A stretch of DNA of 61,831 bases, filler included, from Sphacelaria rigidula (taxonomy: Eukaryota): NCBI GenBank assembly GCA_964200075.2. It is 8 parts of 8 records of this genome, joined end to end, with 100 filler letters (N's around TTAATTAATTAA, not from the genome) between each part and the next. Parts side by side here need not be neighbours in the genome. Positions count along the whole stretch, not along the records: positions 7,743 to 15,384 come from CAXNAA020013968.1; positions 15,485 to 23,126 come from CAXNAA020013969.1; 6 more parts are not named here. One strand, written 5' to 3'. Shown one piece after another: positions 11,041 to 23,226 of the stretch. The notes beneath the pieces are model-generated. The model saw only the letters and a program-made list of their open reading frames with translations. It did no database searches and was not told where the DNA came from. A program made the translations under genes and the position numbers. Position 1 is the stretch's first letter, and the number at the start of each line of letters is the position of its first letter.

Positions 11041-11500
11041 GTAGCCAAGGGGCTTGCGGTACAGTACATCATTGCACTATGGTCAGGCCTCAAGTGATCT
11101 CAGACATCTGGATGATGACCAACAATAGCATCATATTCTTTACGGCGGTGGGTGGGTGGGTGGGTGATGGGCAACGTGACACAACATTGACCCGCTGGCA
11201 CCGCACTTATTTATCCCGTTCCTGGTACCAGGTGGAGAGTGCATTTCGCATACCGATTTCTTTCAAACGACGATTCCTGAAAAAAAAGAGCTCTGTAGCC
11301 GAGGGGGTTGTAGTACAGTACATCATTGCGCTGCAGTACGCTCAGGCGTCAAATTATTCAAGATATCTGATGACCAACATCACCATATTCTCTACGGCCG
11401 TGGGTAGGTGATAAACAACATGACTCAACATTGACCCGCGGGCACCGCAGTATCCTTTACCTGGGACCAGGGGGAGGGTACATGCACGCGTTCTTTTCAA
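11041..11500. repeat. Diverged tandem duplication (~255-bp period, 2 copies)
   Basis: GTAGCC..GGGG..GTACAGTACATCATTGC...GATGACCAACA...CAACATTGACCCGC.GGCACCGCA starts at both 11041 and 11296. Confidence 0.8.
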
Positions 11501-14189
11501 GTCGGGTATACGGCATCTAGCGCTGGAGTGGCACTCTAAATTGCTCTCGAGTGGAGGGCACATCGAGCATACTACCACAACTAATGTCTTATGTTCCATG
11601 TGCGCACTATCGATAGTGCGGTAGTGGCGTGCCAGTTAGGTCGCAACGGGAAGCACACTGTCGCCGTCATACGAAAGAGCCAAGTCGCGGTGTTCTACTA
11701 CTGTACACCACAACAGGTTCTTTGCACATGTGCACGGTCCCGCAACCATCCTGACAACATCGCACGCATGTGGTGAACTCTAGAGTGTCATATATTTGCG
11801 ACTTGTCTGATTCCCCGCGATGTCCGCGTGTGATACAACTATGCAAAAGCTTAGGTGCATTATGCACTAGGATAGGTGCACTGCTACCTATGCTGCACTA
11901 CTGTACTGTACTATAAGACTGTCTGCTGTCCGCGCGTGCTGCTCGGCACTTGTGACATGAACCGCCCGGGGGTATCTTCACAGTCCTTCACCCCGCCACT
12001 ACTACTGTTGCCTGCGCTGTCTACTGTCCTGTATAGTCTGTTCTCACTGCTGCGACGAGAAACCATCCGGATGATACGCAGGAAATGGAGAGACTCAACA
12101 CTCTACTATAGTTCGAGTGCTTGAGGCTAGATCATGTGTGCCTCCCCCCTCCACATGTGCATACCCACACAACACAGGACTGCAGCAACACCGTGCCGTT
12201 TCCTCATCGTGCACTATTTCATCATGGACCCGTGCGTGCACGCCCGGCAAGGGTTTTCGAAGTCTGCACAGCACAAAAATCCAGACAAATATGAGCTGAT
12301 ATAGCAATTCACCTGGAGACCAGTGGAGAAAAGATGGAATCGCTGCACGCGAGATGACTGAATGATTAAGCCCCGTGGATCCACTCCCCCCCACCCGTTT
12401 GCTCTGCTTTCCCCCAGGGTTGTGTGTCCCAAATGGTGAATCGTGATAGTGATGGCGGCGTAATACTGAAAGTTAAAACGAAACCGCCATAAAAATGCGG
12501 CGGAATTAGCGTGCAACAGGGCAAAAGAGCACGCAAGCAGACTGTACATACGTACCGTCCAACACCGTTCAACAGTACCGACAGTACCGACTAGAGGGCG
12601 ATGGGCGCAAAGCCGAGCAAGGAAAAACGCTCGACGCATCGTGATGATAGTCTCTCGGCATCAGCTACCCTAACGCAGGGGAATACCGCTCAGGTGTGTG
12701 ATACCAAAGGTTCGAAAGTGCAAACTCCTAGACTGAGTACCAGAACAAACAGGGCTCGTGGCTCACCGGCAGCACTCATACGAATAGAAGTACAAGTATC
12801 GTTTACGCGTGGGGTTAACAACCGTGGGGAACCCTCTGTCGTGATTGAACACGGTACAGTTCAGTGTTCAGCCTGTTTAAACAGCAATTCATACACGAAT
12901 TCGTAGTACACGGATTGCCCTCGCATGCATTTTCTCAGGGAGCTTGGGCGGAAGGCCTAGCGAATAACCAGACCTCAGCTGGAGTACTCGAATACAGCCG
13001 GTCACAGCATGGGTTATGAAAGAGAACAAATCCTGGGCACGTACTGACCGTGCACCCGTACATGCAGCATACCCCTCCTTCTGGGCTGGCGCACCCATAG
13101 ATGTAGGGAACTTTTGCCTGTAATGATTGCAGAATGTTGCGGGGATGTTCGGTTTTATTGACTGCAAGAAGATTGATGATATTCGCCATTTGAAGGTGTT
13201 TCGCCACAAAATGGAGGCCGTCTCATCAGTACAAGATGCGTCCCTCTAACACTTGATGGAACAAGCTGGAGACAACCATGGAGTGCCGTTGACCTTCCGC
13301 TCGTATATCTAGCTCCTTGCCGCCACGCATGGACATACCTTGTACTGCACCCCCCGAAACTTGACGGAAATAGCTGCTCCGAGTACAGTCGGAGGTGGGG
13401 CGATCACTGGCTGTGCCAGATGTCGAGGAAATCAATGGAGACTCGACATTTTATGCCCCGAAGAATCCAGGCAATCTCGGAATCGTTTTTTCGCTGACAG
13501 TCCCGTTGGTGCGCAGTGGGGAGTGTAACTTTTTGAGGGGGGCAGGACACGTTCGAGAACCTGCGCAGCGGCTCACGTATCAAGCAGGATAATCGGATGA
13601 CGAGGACCAGGAGTACCCTGTTCAAACGAAACAGGGCTCCCAGCTTCCCATCGAAGTTTTTGTGCGATGAAGAGAACAAACAAATTGTTCACTACGACTA
13701 TAATACGAGTACAAATCATTTTTCGATTTTCCCATCGTTTTTGGTATCAACGCCGGCTCTGGAACGCTTGAGAAATGATGTTGATCGCCCCATAGTCTTT
13801 GCATATTTATGGACGCAATGTAGTGTAGAAATGCGATTGACATCGATAATATTGTCAATTAAGTATGTTGCCACTGTCAATAGCTTTCGGTAGAGGATCC
13901 AACTGTCACAAACCTGCCGTGATATCCATCGAACCAAAAAAAGATATCCCCTCATCAAGCCGGTCCTTATAACAGACGAAAATAAATATCTGGGAAAGTG
14001 ACTTTTTGGAGTTTTTACGTCATTTTACGCCCTAAAATAAAGCCGGGCGGATTTTGACCCTTGAGATGAATGCCTTGCTGTACTCGTTGAGACAGTTCCA
14101 CTACATGTGTGCGTTTTCCTAATGGCCGCAGTTTTTTTCTTGCTCAAACTTACATTTTTCTCGGTGACCGGTCTCAGAGAAAAAAAGTA

Positions 14190-14298
14190 GGTCAACCCTT
14201 AGGCCGCGAGGTTAGTCTTTCTGGATCATGCATACTTTTTTCACTTGAAATTGATGCCGATTCAACAGAAGACTAACCTCGCGGTCTAAGGGTTAACC
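14190..14298. repeat. ~110-bp inverted repeat (33-34-bp arms)
   Basis: GGTCAACCCTTAGGCCGCGAGGTTAGTCTTTCTG ... CAGAAGACTAACCTCGCGGTCTAAGGGTTAACC. Confidence 0.85.
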
Positions 14299-15317
14299 CG
14301 AGTTAGGCTACATTCTATTCATGGTTGATACAAACTCTTCAAAAAGGCATTTCTCCAGATTTTCTATTTTCGTCTGCCGTAAGGAGTGGCCTCACCTACA
14401 TCGTGTCCGATCTTGCGCCAGTTTTCTCAAAATCGAGAGCGTTATGTGTTTGCAAAATAGCAACCTCGATTGTACGGTAGTAAAGTAGCGGGGTACCTTG
14501 TAAGTACTACTGCTATGTGTGGAAATGGGGGGCCGATTTGGGGTACCGTGTTTCGGGAAAGTGCACATCGACCACTGTATGAGGAAGAGATGAAGTCTAC
14601 ATGATCCAATCAGTATCAATCACAAGTCCACGTGTCAACTCGAAATGATGAAATTACGACTACGCTCATACAAAATGTACTACTGTTAGGGGTGGGAATG
14701 GAGGGCAACCGAAAAATCGTCTCCAGAAATCTTATTCTGACTGTTTCTTCGCCACAATACGAAGTTGAACGGTACCTTCACCACCATGATGCTGGCCTGT
14801 ACCCGAGCAGCCCAAAACCGAGGAGTTTGAGCATATCAGTTGTTCTGGCGGTCGCAGAGAAGATAACTTGGTGGTTGAATGATGAATTTTCAGTCAAGGT
14901 GACCGCTGGATAATGACTTTGGGTTAGGTGTTACAGTGCTGGGGCCGTAATGCTGGAGAAGGCTGCGGACTCAACACGTGAACCAGATGGCGTTCTGTGT
15001 GTCCATCAACGAGCCATTAAATTGTTGATGATGAGGTTTGAGATTGGTCCGGTCGAGCGAAAATATCAACGAGTGAGAGCGGACCTGGGGCTGTATACTC
15101 GTGGAACTCCCGACGAGCGATTCGCCCGTAACTTGTTCCAAATCCCTTTTTTTTTTTTTTTTTTTTTCGGATACTCATTTATTTATTAGTCGTAAAGTAT
15201 GGGTTCAAATAGCGATCATGATGGGTCTTTGTAACCGAAAGCCTGAGAAAATGCGTTTATTCGAAACAAAATGAGAATAAATGTGTGATCACACGATAGA
15301 CCCCCCCCCGCAACCAA

Positions 15318-15384
15318 TGAAATCGTTTGATGCATTAGACAGTAGGGAGAAAACGATGGCTATACTAGGAGATAGATGGTGGCC
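15318..15384 (+). mobile_element. LINE ORF2 C-terminal fragment
   Basis: Encodes FDALDSREKTMAILGDRWW, matching 54620-54680. Confidence 0.7.
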
Positions 15385-15484
15385 NNNNNNNNNNNNNNNN
15401 NNNNNNNNNNNNNNNNNNNNNNNNNNNNTTAATTAATTAANNNNNNNNNNNNNNNNNNNNNNNNNNNNNNNNNNNNNNNNNNNN
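15385..15484. other. Artificial contig spacer
   Basis: N run with TTAATTAATTAA. Confidence 0.99.
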
Positions 15485-15556
15485 ACGAAGATTTTAACCC
15501 TCCGGGTTCTCATCCTCAATGAAAAGCACCATCCTCAACATAGATGATCGGCTGTT
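15485..15556. repeat. Dispersed repeat shared with 47575-47645
   Basis: ACGAAGATTTTAA.CCTCCG...TCATC.TCAATGAAAAGC.CCATCC.CAA...GATGATCGGCTGTT occurs at both sites. Confidence 0.8.
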
Positions 15557-15773
15557 GTTTGGAGGATCTGAAGCAAGCCATCGGGGTTTTTTTCATGGAT
15601 CCGAAATCCATTGTGATCTCACGCGTAGGTTCCTGTCCTACCGTCGACGCCAATAAGGCTACTACCCCTTGGAGTGGGAGTGGTAGTCTCAGGAGCCACG
15701 GGCTTGGCCGTGGGACGTGCCTTGACAGTTCGTTCTTGTGTGGAGGGAAACTCTAGGGTTGAGATAAGAAATG

Positions 15774-15912
15774 CCTCGAGAGGGCACCGCTCCCGGTGCC
15801 CTCTCGAGGTTAAAGTATGACTATGACTCCGGAGACGGGAAGACAATGACCCGGACGGGATAGACAATGATCCGGACGGGATAGACAATATCCGGACGGG
15901 ATAGACATTGAC
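15774..15912. repeat. Perfect 16-bp GC-rich hairpin followed by a 20-bp minisatellite
   Basis: CCTCGAGAGGGCACCG-ctcc-CGGTGCCCTCTCGAGG (15774-15809), then about 4 copies of CCGGACGGGATAGACAATGA-like units (~15829-15912). Confidence 0.85.
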
Positions 15913-17411
15913 CCGTACGGGACAGACTAGTGTTCTTGAGGACGTTCCCGGAACCATGCCGGAGACATGAACGTTCCTAGAACGAAGGGGCGGTTGTAGA
16001 CACGTGGAACACTTGTGGACTACCCTGGTACTAACATCATGTTGGACAGATTTACACCGAACCGATGACAACATTGTACTTAGCTGATGAGCAGCTGCGG
16101 GTAGAGCCATGCTCTGGTTAGTTGTGGACAGTGGGCCTAAGGGGCTCATGTGTGGTAGCACTTTGTCTGTCTACGGTCGCAATTCATGTTCCTGCATAAG
16201 CTGATTTTTTCCCGAACGATTCAAACACGGGTTTCAGCAAGGCCGAAAAACTTTCTCAAGACTAGGACCACGGGGAAAAAAATCAGATTGGATTTCGATT
16301 TTGAGGGGGGGCGGGAGTGGTGTCGCAGGGACGAGGCATATTAGCCCAATTTTTTCACGTTTGCCCCTCTTGTCCCGACAAGACACGGCCTACCTGTTAG
16401 ACAAGATTCTGTGCATCCCCAGACACTCATCGATGAACGAAAAAGAGTGAGGAAGGAAAAGAAAGAGAGGGTGTTCGGACAAGAAAATGCGACGGTAGGG
16501 GTGCCCTGTTTGCGCAAAAAATTGTCCGGTTTAGGGGCACTAACGATTCTAGATGAACGAGAATATGGGTCAGGGCATCCCCGTCTGGAAGTTTATGCGG
16601 GATATCCCTTGCACAGTGGAATAGTCATCCTTGCGTACTCTCACATATTTCATGAGTCTTATTGTGGATGAGATGAAGAGCTCCTAACAATTCCAACCTC
16701 AGATAATATGTGTTTACCTCTACCGTGGCATCGCTTGGGTCCCTCGGTCAGTAGTCCCCTTCCACTCTTTAATCTCGCCCGGGCCATCTTGTCAAAGATT
16801 TGAATCAAGACACGATCTGTTTTAGTTCCAGGCTAGGGAGAGCACCGTTCGGGCGTTGAACCCAACTCTTCGAGGAACTCTTCAACGAACACTACTCGTA
16901 CGATAAAAGTCTTAATATGCAACAGGATATCCCCTCGGGCGTTGTGTTTGTCGTAGTTGCCGAAATGGAATGATTTGCTCAGAGGTGTAGATGCTGCACA
17001 TCACTCAGCCCAGTTATCACTCCAACATGGTGAACATGCTGACAATCTGAGGGTAACCCGTCACATTCTTAACGGGCTCTGCGGACGCCGGTTGGCCCCA
17101 CTCCACGTCTCCCTTGAAGATATCAAGATCTTCATCAGTAGCACCCACTGCTTGGGGTTCAAAGAAGATGCAGGACGGAGGCTTTCCTCATGTCTAGCTT
17201 GGTTTCAAAGGTGACAAGCTGCTGCTGCCTGTGTGTATGGGTGGATACGGATGTATGCAATGCTGATCTGTGAAATCTACACGTCGACCAATACCGTTTG
17301 TTTTGTCCCTATAGACAGCTGTAGACTTATCTCTGAACCCACGATGGCATTTATAGATGCAATCGCGTAGAAATAAACGCGGTCGGCCAGACGAGCAAAT
17401 GCATGTGTAAA

Positions 17412-17745
17412 TTACAATGGTTCGACGGTCATCATTAGGGTGGAGCGAACGTGAACTCGATTCCCAACGTGTTGGGTTTCTTCTCCGGAGTATCTGATTC
17501 CCATCGTCGAAACCGTTACAACGTGACCGAACAAAAAGTAGCTGACTGAGTTTGTTTGACGAGAGTTAACGCGGTGCGGCAGTGCTGACCCAATTCGTGA
17601 CACCAGAAATGCTAGGCGTGTATCGGGGACAGATTTGGTTGATCCCTGGAGACCATTAGACCATTGGACCATTAGACCATTCGACCAGTAGACCACGGAC
17701 TCGTCACGAGGAAGAAGAGGGGATCGAAGTGCGACAAATAAGTAA
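17412..17745 (+). mobile_element. tRNA-derived SINE (5'-eroded copy) with internal GACCATTA expansion
   Basis: Colinear with the reverse complement of 9816-10132 (CATTAGGGTGGAG, CCATCGTCGAAA, GACCCAATTCGTGACACCA, GACCACGGA.TCGTC, GAAGTGCGA). An octamer repeat lies at 17651-17695. Confidence 0.72.
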
Positions 17746-17973
17746 AGATAGATAAATGAAAATTCAAACCGGCTAGATACAACCAGGAATAATTGTGTGG
17801 TGCAGACACGCCATTAGCGTTCACTAACCAGCGCGCGATCTGTTTTCTCGTACACACGATCATCCCCTTAATCGTCACTACTGTAATCCTTATCTTGAAT
17901 CTACATGCGGACCCCGTAAACACAGTTCACAATTCGTACACGAGAGACCTCCTTTGCCTGTAACAGTCTCCCA

Positions 17974-20900
17974 CTATAACAGCGCCAAACGTGTCGTTGG
18001 TGAGTCGAAGTGCCGAACTCGTTTTATCGGGGCTGGGTCGAGCAGACCTTCCAAAACGCTCCTCAAACGACCATCTTTAATCGCCGACAGGTCCACAGCA
18101 AACCCAGGCTTCGATACTTGAGCGATAATCTAGCGGCAGAAAGACAGGAGGGGACACAAGAACGGCAAAATTGCAGCATATTTATGTGAGGTGGTTCGAT
18201 GGAGCGATGCCACTGATTCGTATTTCGGGGTGATGACAAGTAAGCCTTGTCGATATTTGTGCATGATTCGACACCTCACTTCACGTATGTACCATTGAAC
18301 ACCTCTGCGCGGACGCTAGACATGCACCAGTACCCGAACGGAAGCCAGACGACGTTTCAAGAGATACACTCTACACTATTTGACAAGATACCGGGCGTGC
18401 GCTGCTGAACCGGCAGGGTCATCGACTCGAGTATGCAGAGAACGAGCTGTGTCGAAGAAGGGCGTTTGGCAATCTACACTGCTATCGAAAGTCGATCCGA
18501 ACGACGTGATGCAATCATAATCACGTACAGTACAGTACAGTACAGTACAGTACAGTACGGTAACTCAACCTCTGGATCGCTTCTTCCCTCGAAGTATCCT
18601 CGACCCATGTACAGGTGCAAGATAGCCATGCCCAGTCCCCACACGTGAAAACTGCGGTCCACGGTGGCTCCACCAAACTGACAGAAAATAGGAGGCAGAA
18701 TGAGAGAAGGGTGGTGACGATGCCTTTCAGAACCTACCGCGACGTCAGCATTAGTTTTTGAGTTGGGCAGCCCTAGGCGATGCACTGGGATACGATTCTC
18801 CGATGCCCACTACACTAAAAAACCATTGAGTATAAAATATGCCACCAGCAGTATTGTGGGAAACTTTCGTGATGTGTCTCCGTGGGTTTCCACCTGGGGT
18901 TGTTATTTAGTTTTCTCTCGGTATCTGATGTGAAATATTAATAGTTCGTTTACTGTGTTGGCAGATCTGATTTGTTTGTTTCACAACACCCCGACCAACT
19001 TTCGGGGGGAGGAGGGGGCGTACTCATTTGTTGCTTGCCTCAGTCGTTTGACCATTGACCGCGCATCCCTTTCGAGACGGAGCACAGTTCCCACTCCTGA
19101 TAGAGCCACCTCCGACATTTTGGAGCTCAGTACGTGTCTTCCATACATTACACCAACTCGGGGGGAGGCTTTTTCTCTTCTGTAATCTTGTCTCTCCCTT
19201 GTTGTTTTTTACTGCATGTTATTCTTGTCTCGGTTGGATTCTCAGAGGAATCCGCCCTATGAACGCCTTAATCTCATGTAAGGAATAGTAGTAACGGTAC
19301 TGAAAAGGCGAGCCTACATCTGTGACCACGGGTTCGAGATATCGGGCCAATGTGTGGAAATAATACCTGCTGCTGATAATAAAGGACGAACAGCATCCTG
19401 GCTGAGCGCTTCGTGATAAAGAAGTTGCTCTGGCACAACCAACAACACTAGCCAACCTCCAGTGGAGCTCCCAACGGAACCCATAACTGCTCGGTACACA
19501 TTGATTGAAATGGTTAATAATCCTCACTCCCACCGTTAGTTGTAAAAGCATTCCGTTTCAAACGTCCAACAGCCTCCATAATCGATTCTAATTTTGCTCA
19601 CCCCGCCCGTAGCGGTGCCGGCAAAGTCTGGAGGTAACGACAAAGGTGTGTACGCATTTGGGGCTGATCGCGCAGGCACCGCATTCTCCAGGTCGATGGC
19701 TTTCACTTCTCCCCCTTTGCAGAGTACGAGATTATCCAGCTTCAAGTCCGTCCACACCAAGTCTGCCTTGTCGAGACATCTGCGTTTTCATGGGTGAAAC
19801 CAATCGCCGGATGAGCGGGGCGCTATGGCAATAGGTGCACGCGCAGTGGACCTCGACTCTAACAAAACTAAAGCAACATCTGAGTCCAGACCCCTCCTCT
19901 TGGGTATGAACCATACCTATCCAAAAAAGTGCTTCACTTGGTGACTGGACGCCGATATTCGCCCGACAAAGTAGCGGAGTCGATTGTGCCACCTCGGGAA
20001 GACTTGTCGCACTGTCGGCCAGGATTCCATGTTAATAGCGCACTTTTCGATTTTTCGTACATTCAGTCCGACATTTGGCCAGACTATCGATCTTTTCATT
20101 TCATACGGCAACAGGAACCCTGCGAGTTTTCCGGAACAGTTTGTCATAAAAATGCACAGAAAAACGATAGTTTGTTCGTTTTCATGGGAAATTGCTCCTC
20201 TAGCAGGAAAGCAAAAGCAAAAGTGAGCGCACGAGAGATCGGAAACATGCGCTCGAATCGTCGGAATTGTCTCGGGCAGTTCGGCGAATCTTTCCTAGGT
20301 GGCACAATCTACACAGCCCCGTACTAGAGCAAAAATGGGCACGGAATCGCCACAAAAGGCATTTTCGGAGATGTTGCTTGTATGCCCATAAGAAATAGGC
20401 TCAGCGATTTGCAGAGAAAGGGGCACGGGGGTAAAACACGCGTGGTCGGGATCTCGACAAATTAAAACTCCGAGAAGTGGTTCGGGTTGTGAGACTTGAC
20501 AGGCTGCGGGATGGCTGGTGTACGGCCATTTCACATGTGTCAGAACTAATTATGTTGAAAACAGCCTTTTTGGCCCTGCTTTGTCGTTTCACGCCCCTCA
20601 AGAGAGCTAGGCGGAAGTTGACATCTTGGAATGACTTGCTCTAGTTGCTGAGACCATTTCAGGACAACTTTGCGTTTTGTCGCTGGCCGCAGTTTTAGTT
20701 ACGGCCAAACTTGTATTTGCAATAAAAAACGGTCAAGGTATCAAAAAACAAGGGGAAGAATGCCAATCTTCTTCATAACTTGATTGTTTGTCATTGAAAA
20801 TGCAGGTTTGGGCAACAATAAAACTGCGGCCGGCGGAACACGCAAAGTTGCCCTGAAATGCTCTAAACGAGTAGAGCTAGTCATTCCAAGGTGTCAACAT

Positions 20901-22559
20901 CCGCTTAGCCCTCTTTTCGGACGTACAACGACGGAGAAGGGCCAAAAAGGCGGCGTTCAACACCACTTGTGTTTCCTACACATAGAAATTAGACTGAAGA
21001 CTCGATGTTTGAGTGAAATGAAGGCACACCGAGGGAGACATGCGTCGATCCCTCGAGATGACAGGCTCGTCGTGAGGAATGCAGCGGAGGCTGTAAGTAC
21101 GACAAAAAAAAGGTTCGTGGGCAATGCTGACAAATCAGACGGAAATTGTGCGTGACTCACCGTACGACGGCAAACATTTCGCGAGCATATTTTCGTAATG
21201 TCCCTGGCGCCAGGTTCCCGCGATTTGTGTCAGCTAGCTTGCGCATATCCATGCTTTCCGCTTGCATCACCATCACAGAATCGCCCCTGGAATCACGTGC
21301 AAATTACCGTGCACGCCTCCACATTGAGCTCCTCGATCGGCTGATTGTTCGGACGTTCACGCACGCTGCACGTAGACTGCCCGTCATCCAATCAGGGCTC
21401 TTGACGTAGATGGCAGCGAAGCGCATCGAAAAATAACTCAGAACGTCATACGTCGCACATGGTCCTGACTTGGAACGTACACCTGAGCTCTCGACAGAGT
21501 CTCACAAGTTAGAGGTATGCAGCAGTCACCTTACCGGCCATTGTAGTCTTTCACGTACTCCGTGAAGCCCACAAAATGCCTCTTATAGGCACTAGCCCCG
21601 TTCTTGTTGCGAATTCGTTGCAAATTTTCCACCTCCGTCGAAACTGCGGTCGCGCTGGAGCGCGTGTCACATTTGAACTTGAGAGGTATGCCCTGAGGGT
21701 CAAAACGACAATAAGCGACACGGTTGGGATATGATATCCGGTTGTACAAGCCAAGTCTAAGCAAGTGCACCAACACGTATGCCAAATTGTGGGTGGAGTA
21801 GTGCAAGCTAGAACCTTCCCGCTGGACTATTTCACGTTATTTCGTGCGCGGTTACAGTCTGCTAGCGGTGCGATGCGAGGTCAGATCCCTGGATATACGA
21901 AGCACTGCGTGCCTATACGAACACTGCTCTGTTCACCTCTTTCCCAACCTCCACGCCATCGAGGATAGTGGTCTTGCCGCTGCTAACCCGCTGTACGGCT
22001 TGCTGCATCAGGTACTGAGCACGCTGTCCGTTGATGGTTACATCACGCTCACTAGACCTAACGGCCGCAGCTACCGTTTTGCCGCCGACACCGATCGCCC
22101 GCCCTTTGCTGGGGTCAAGAACAAGCGGGGCAACCGGCGAGACTTCAGCAAATTGGATACGAAGAAAACAGTACGGGTAGAGACGTACACGTTCTGCACA
22201 AAGGTGGGTAGCGCGGCACCCATGTGTTGCGACGCTATACGATGTCAAATGCGACGAGCAGGACACAGGGTCGAATTTGACATGAAACACTTCATCGTAG
22301 CTAGTACCGAGCATGAAAAGAGCAAGGGACGTCTCCACCGTGTGACAGGCGCTGTGTGCACGTACGTGTGCGGACAGGGCCGACTTCGTCACCGCTAACT
22401 TCACCTGGCCGTGGAGAGGAGATCGCGCTTTCGCTTGTTCGGAATCGTCTCGAGGGCTGCTTCCACGACGTCTTGCAGGTCTATACCTGCCATTTTGGCA
22501 GCGACTTCTTGTTCGTACGTCCTGACAAGGTCGTTTGCAGTTATTGCTCCTTTCACGTA
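17974..22559 (-). CDS. Spliced atypical Ser/Thr-type protein kinase (5' end not resolved)
   Basis: Exons 22559-22405, 22108-21949, 21692-21535, 21286-21161, 19779-19602, 18677-18570 and 18129-17974 (TAG). All introns are GT-AG with matching phases and the joined frame is open. Motifs in order: VSSGKTT, LKFK, STEVENL, VMVMQ, WTDLKLDN, AIDLE, YTPLSLPPD, HVWGLG, LLDPAPIKR. Confidence 0.88.
18526..18558. repeat. (TACAG)n microsatellite in a kinase intron
   Basis: About 6 copies of TACAG. Confidence 0.9.
19004..19140 (-). mobile_element. LINE 3'-end fragment (subfamily A) in a kinase intron
   Basis: The reverse complement reads ...CCGTCTCGAAAGGGATGCGCGGTCAATGGTCAAACGACTGAGGCAAGCAACAAATGAGTACGCCCCCTCCTCCCCCC. 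Confidence 0.78.
19980..20312. mobile_element. Degenerate inverted-repeat element in a kinase intron
   Basis: GATTGTGCCACCTCGGGAAGA ... TCTTTCCTAGGTGGCACAATC, with weaker symmetry inside. Confidence 0.55.
20552..20962. mobile_element. Foldback/MITE element in a kinase intron
   Basis: The arms mirror each other (GTTGACATCTTGGAATGAC / GTCATTCCAAGGTGTCAAC; GGCCGCAGTTTTA / TAAAACTGCGGCC), centre ~20760. Confidence 0.82.
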
Positions 22560-23057
22560 CTGCGAGGATGGGTAATGCGTAATCGGCAACGAAATTTGTG
22601 GGCGTGCCTCGAGATGATGGGATGATCAAGCGCTACCACGGTGGACATGAATTCGAAATTGAAGAAATTCATCTATAGACATCCACCAGCCTCACAGCGC
22701 CGAGTTACGTTTGCATATGGAGGTCCAGCAGTACCAGGCAAATGTGGCATATGATACTGTCTCGCTGTACTGACTGCTTCCCTTCACGGTATAAGGGGCA
22801 AGTACTGGAGAAGCGAAATAAACCCTGGTTTATTTCGCCGTCTCGTGGGGGAGACGCCATGGAGCTTGCAGGAGAAGAAGCTGGTATGCATGTGTGTAAA
22901 ACATGGTGCAAAATATAGTTGTACTACTTAGCCCCCATCCATCCCGGAGAAAAGCAGATACTGTAATGTAGTGTCTGGTGGGACGGTGTTACTGACTGCG
23001 GTGTGATCTACTGACGCGTGGGTTGGCTGTATTTTACTCAATCAACAGGTTGTACAG

Positions 23058-23126
23058 CCGGTCGCCCCGGTGGCTCACTTGGTAACCTCGTAACCTTCTG
23101 ATGGTTGAGTTGTGGGGTTCGATTCT
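23058..23126 (+). mobile_element. tRNA-like SINE head, cut by the contig end
   Basis: CCGGTCGCCCCGGTGGCTCACTTGG (A box) ... GGTTCGATTC (B box). The D-stem does not pair, and the 5' leader matches the other SINE heads. Confidence 0.6.
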
Positions 23127-23226
23127 NNNNNNNNNNNNNNNNNNNNNNNNNNNNNNNNNNNNNNNNNNNNTTAATTAATTAANNNNNNNNNNNNNNNNNN
23201 NNNNNNNNNNNNNNNNNNNNNNNNNN
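23127..23226. other. Artificial contig spacer
   Basis: N run with TTAATTAATTAA. Confidence 0.99.

Noticed and set aside
16400..17230. Coding-like minus-strand segments
   Set aside because: All frames are interrupted and I recognise no domain, so a call cannot be supported.
22705..22911. Possible first exon of the kinase
   Set aside because: I could not choose a start and phase-compatible donor with confidence, so it is left out of the gene model.
23064..23126. tRNA gene (CTG anticodon-like loop)
   Set aside because: The D-arm does not pair, the 3' end is cut by the gap, and it has the same leader as the SINE heads.
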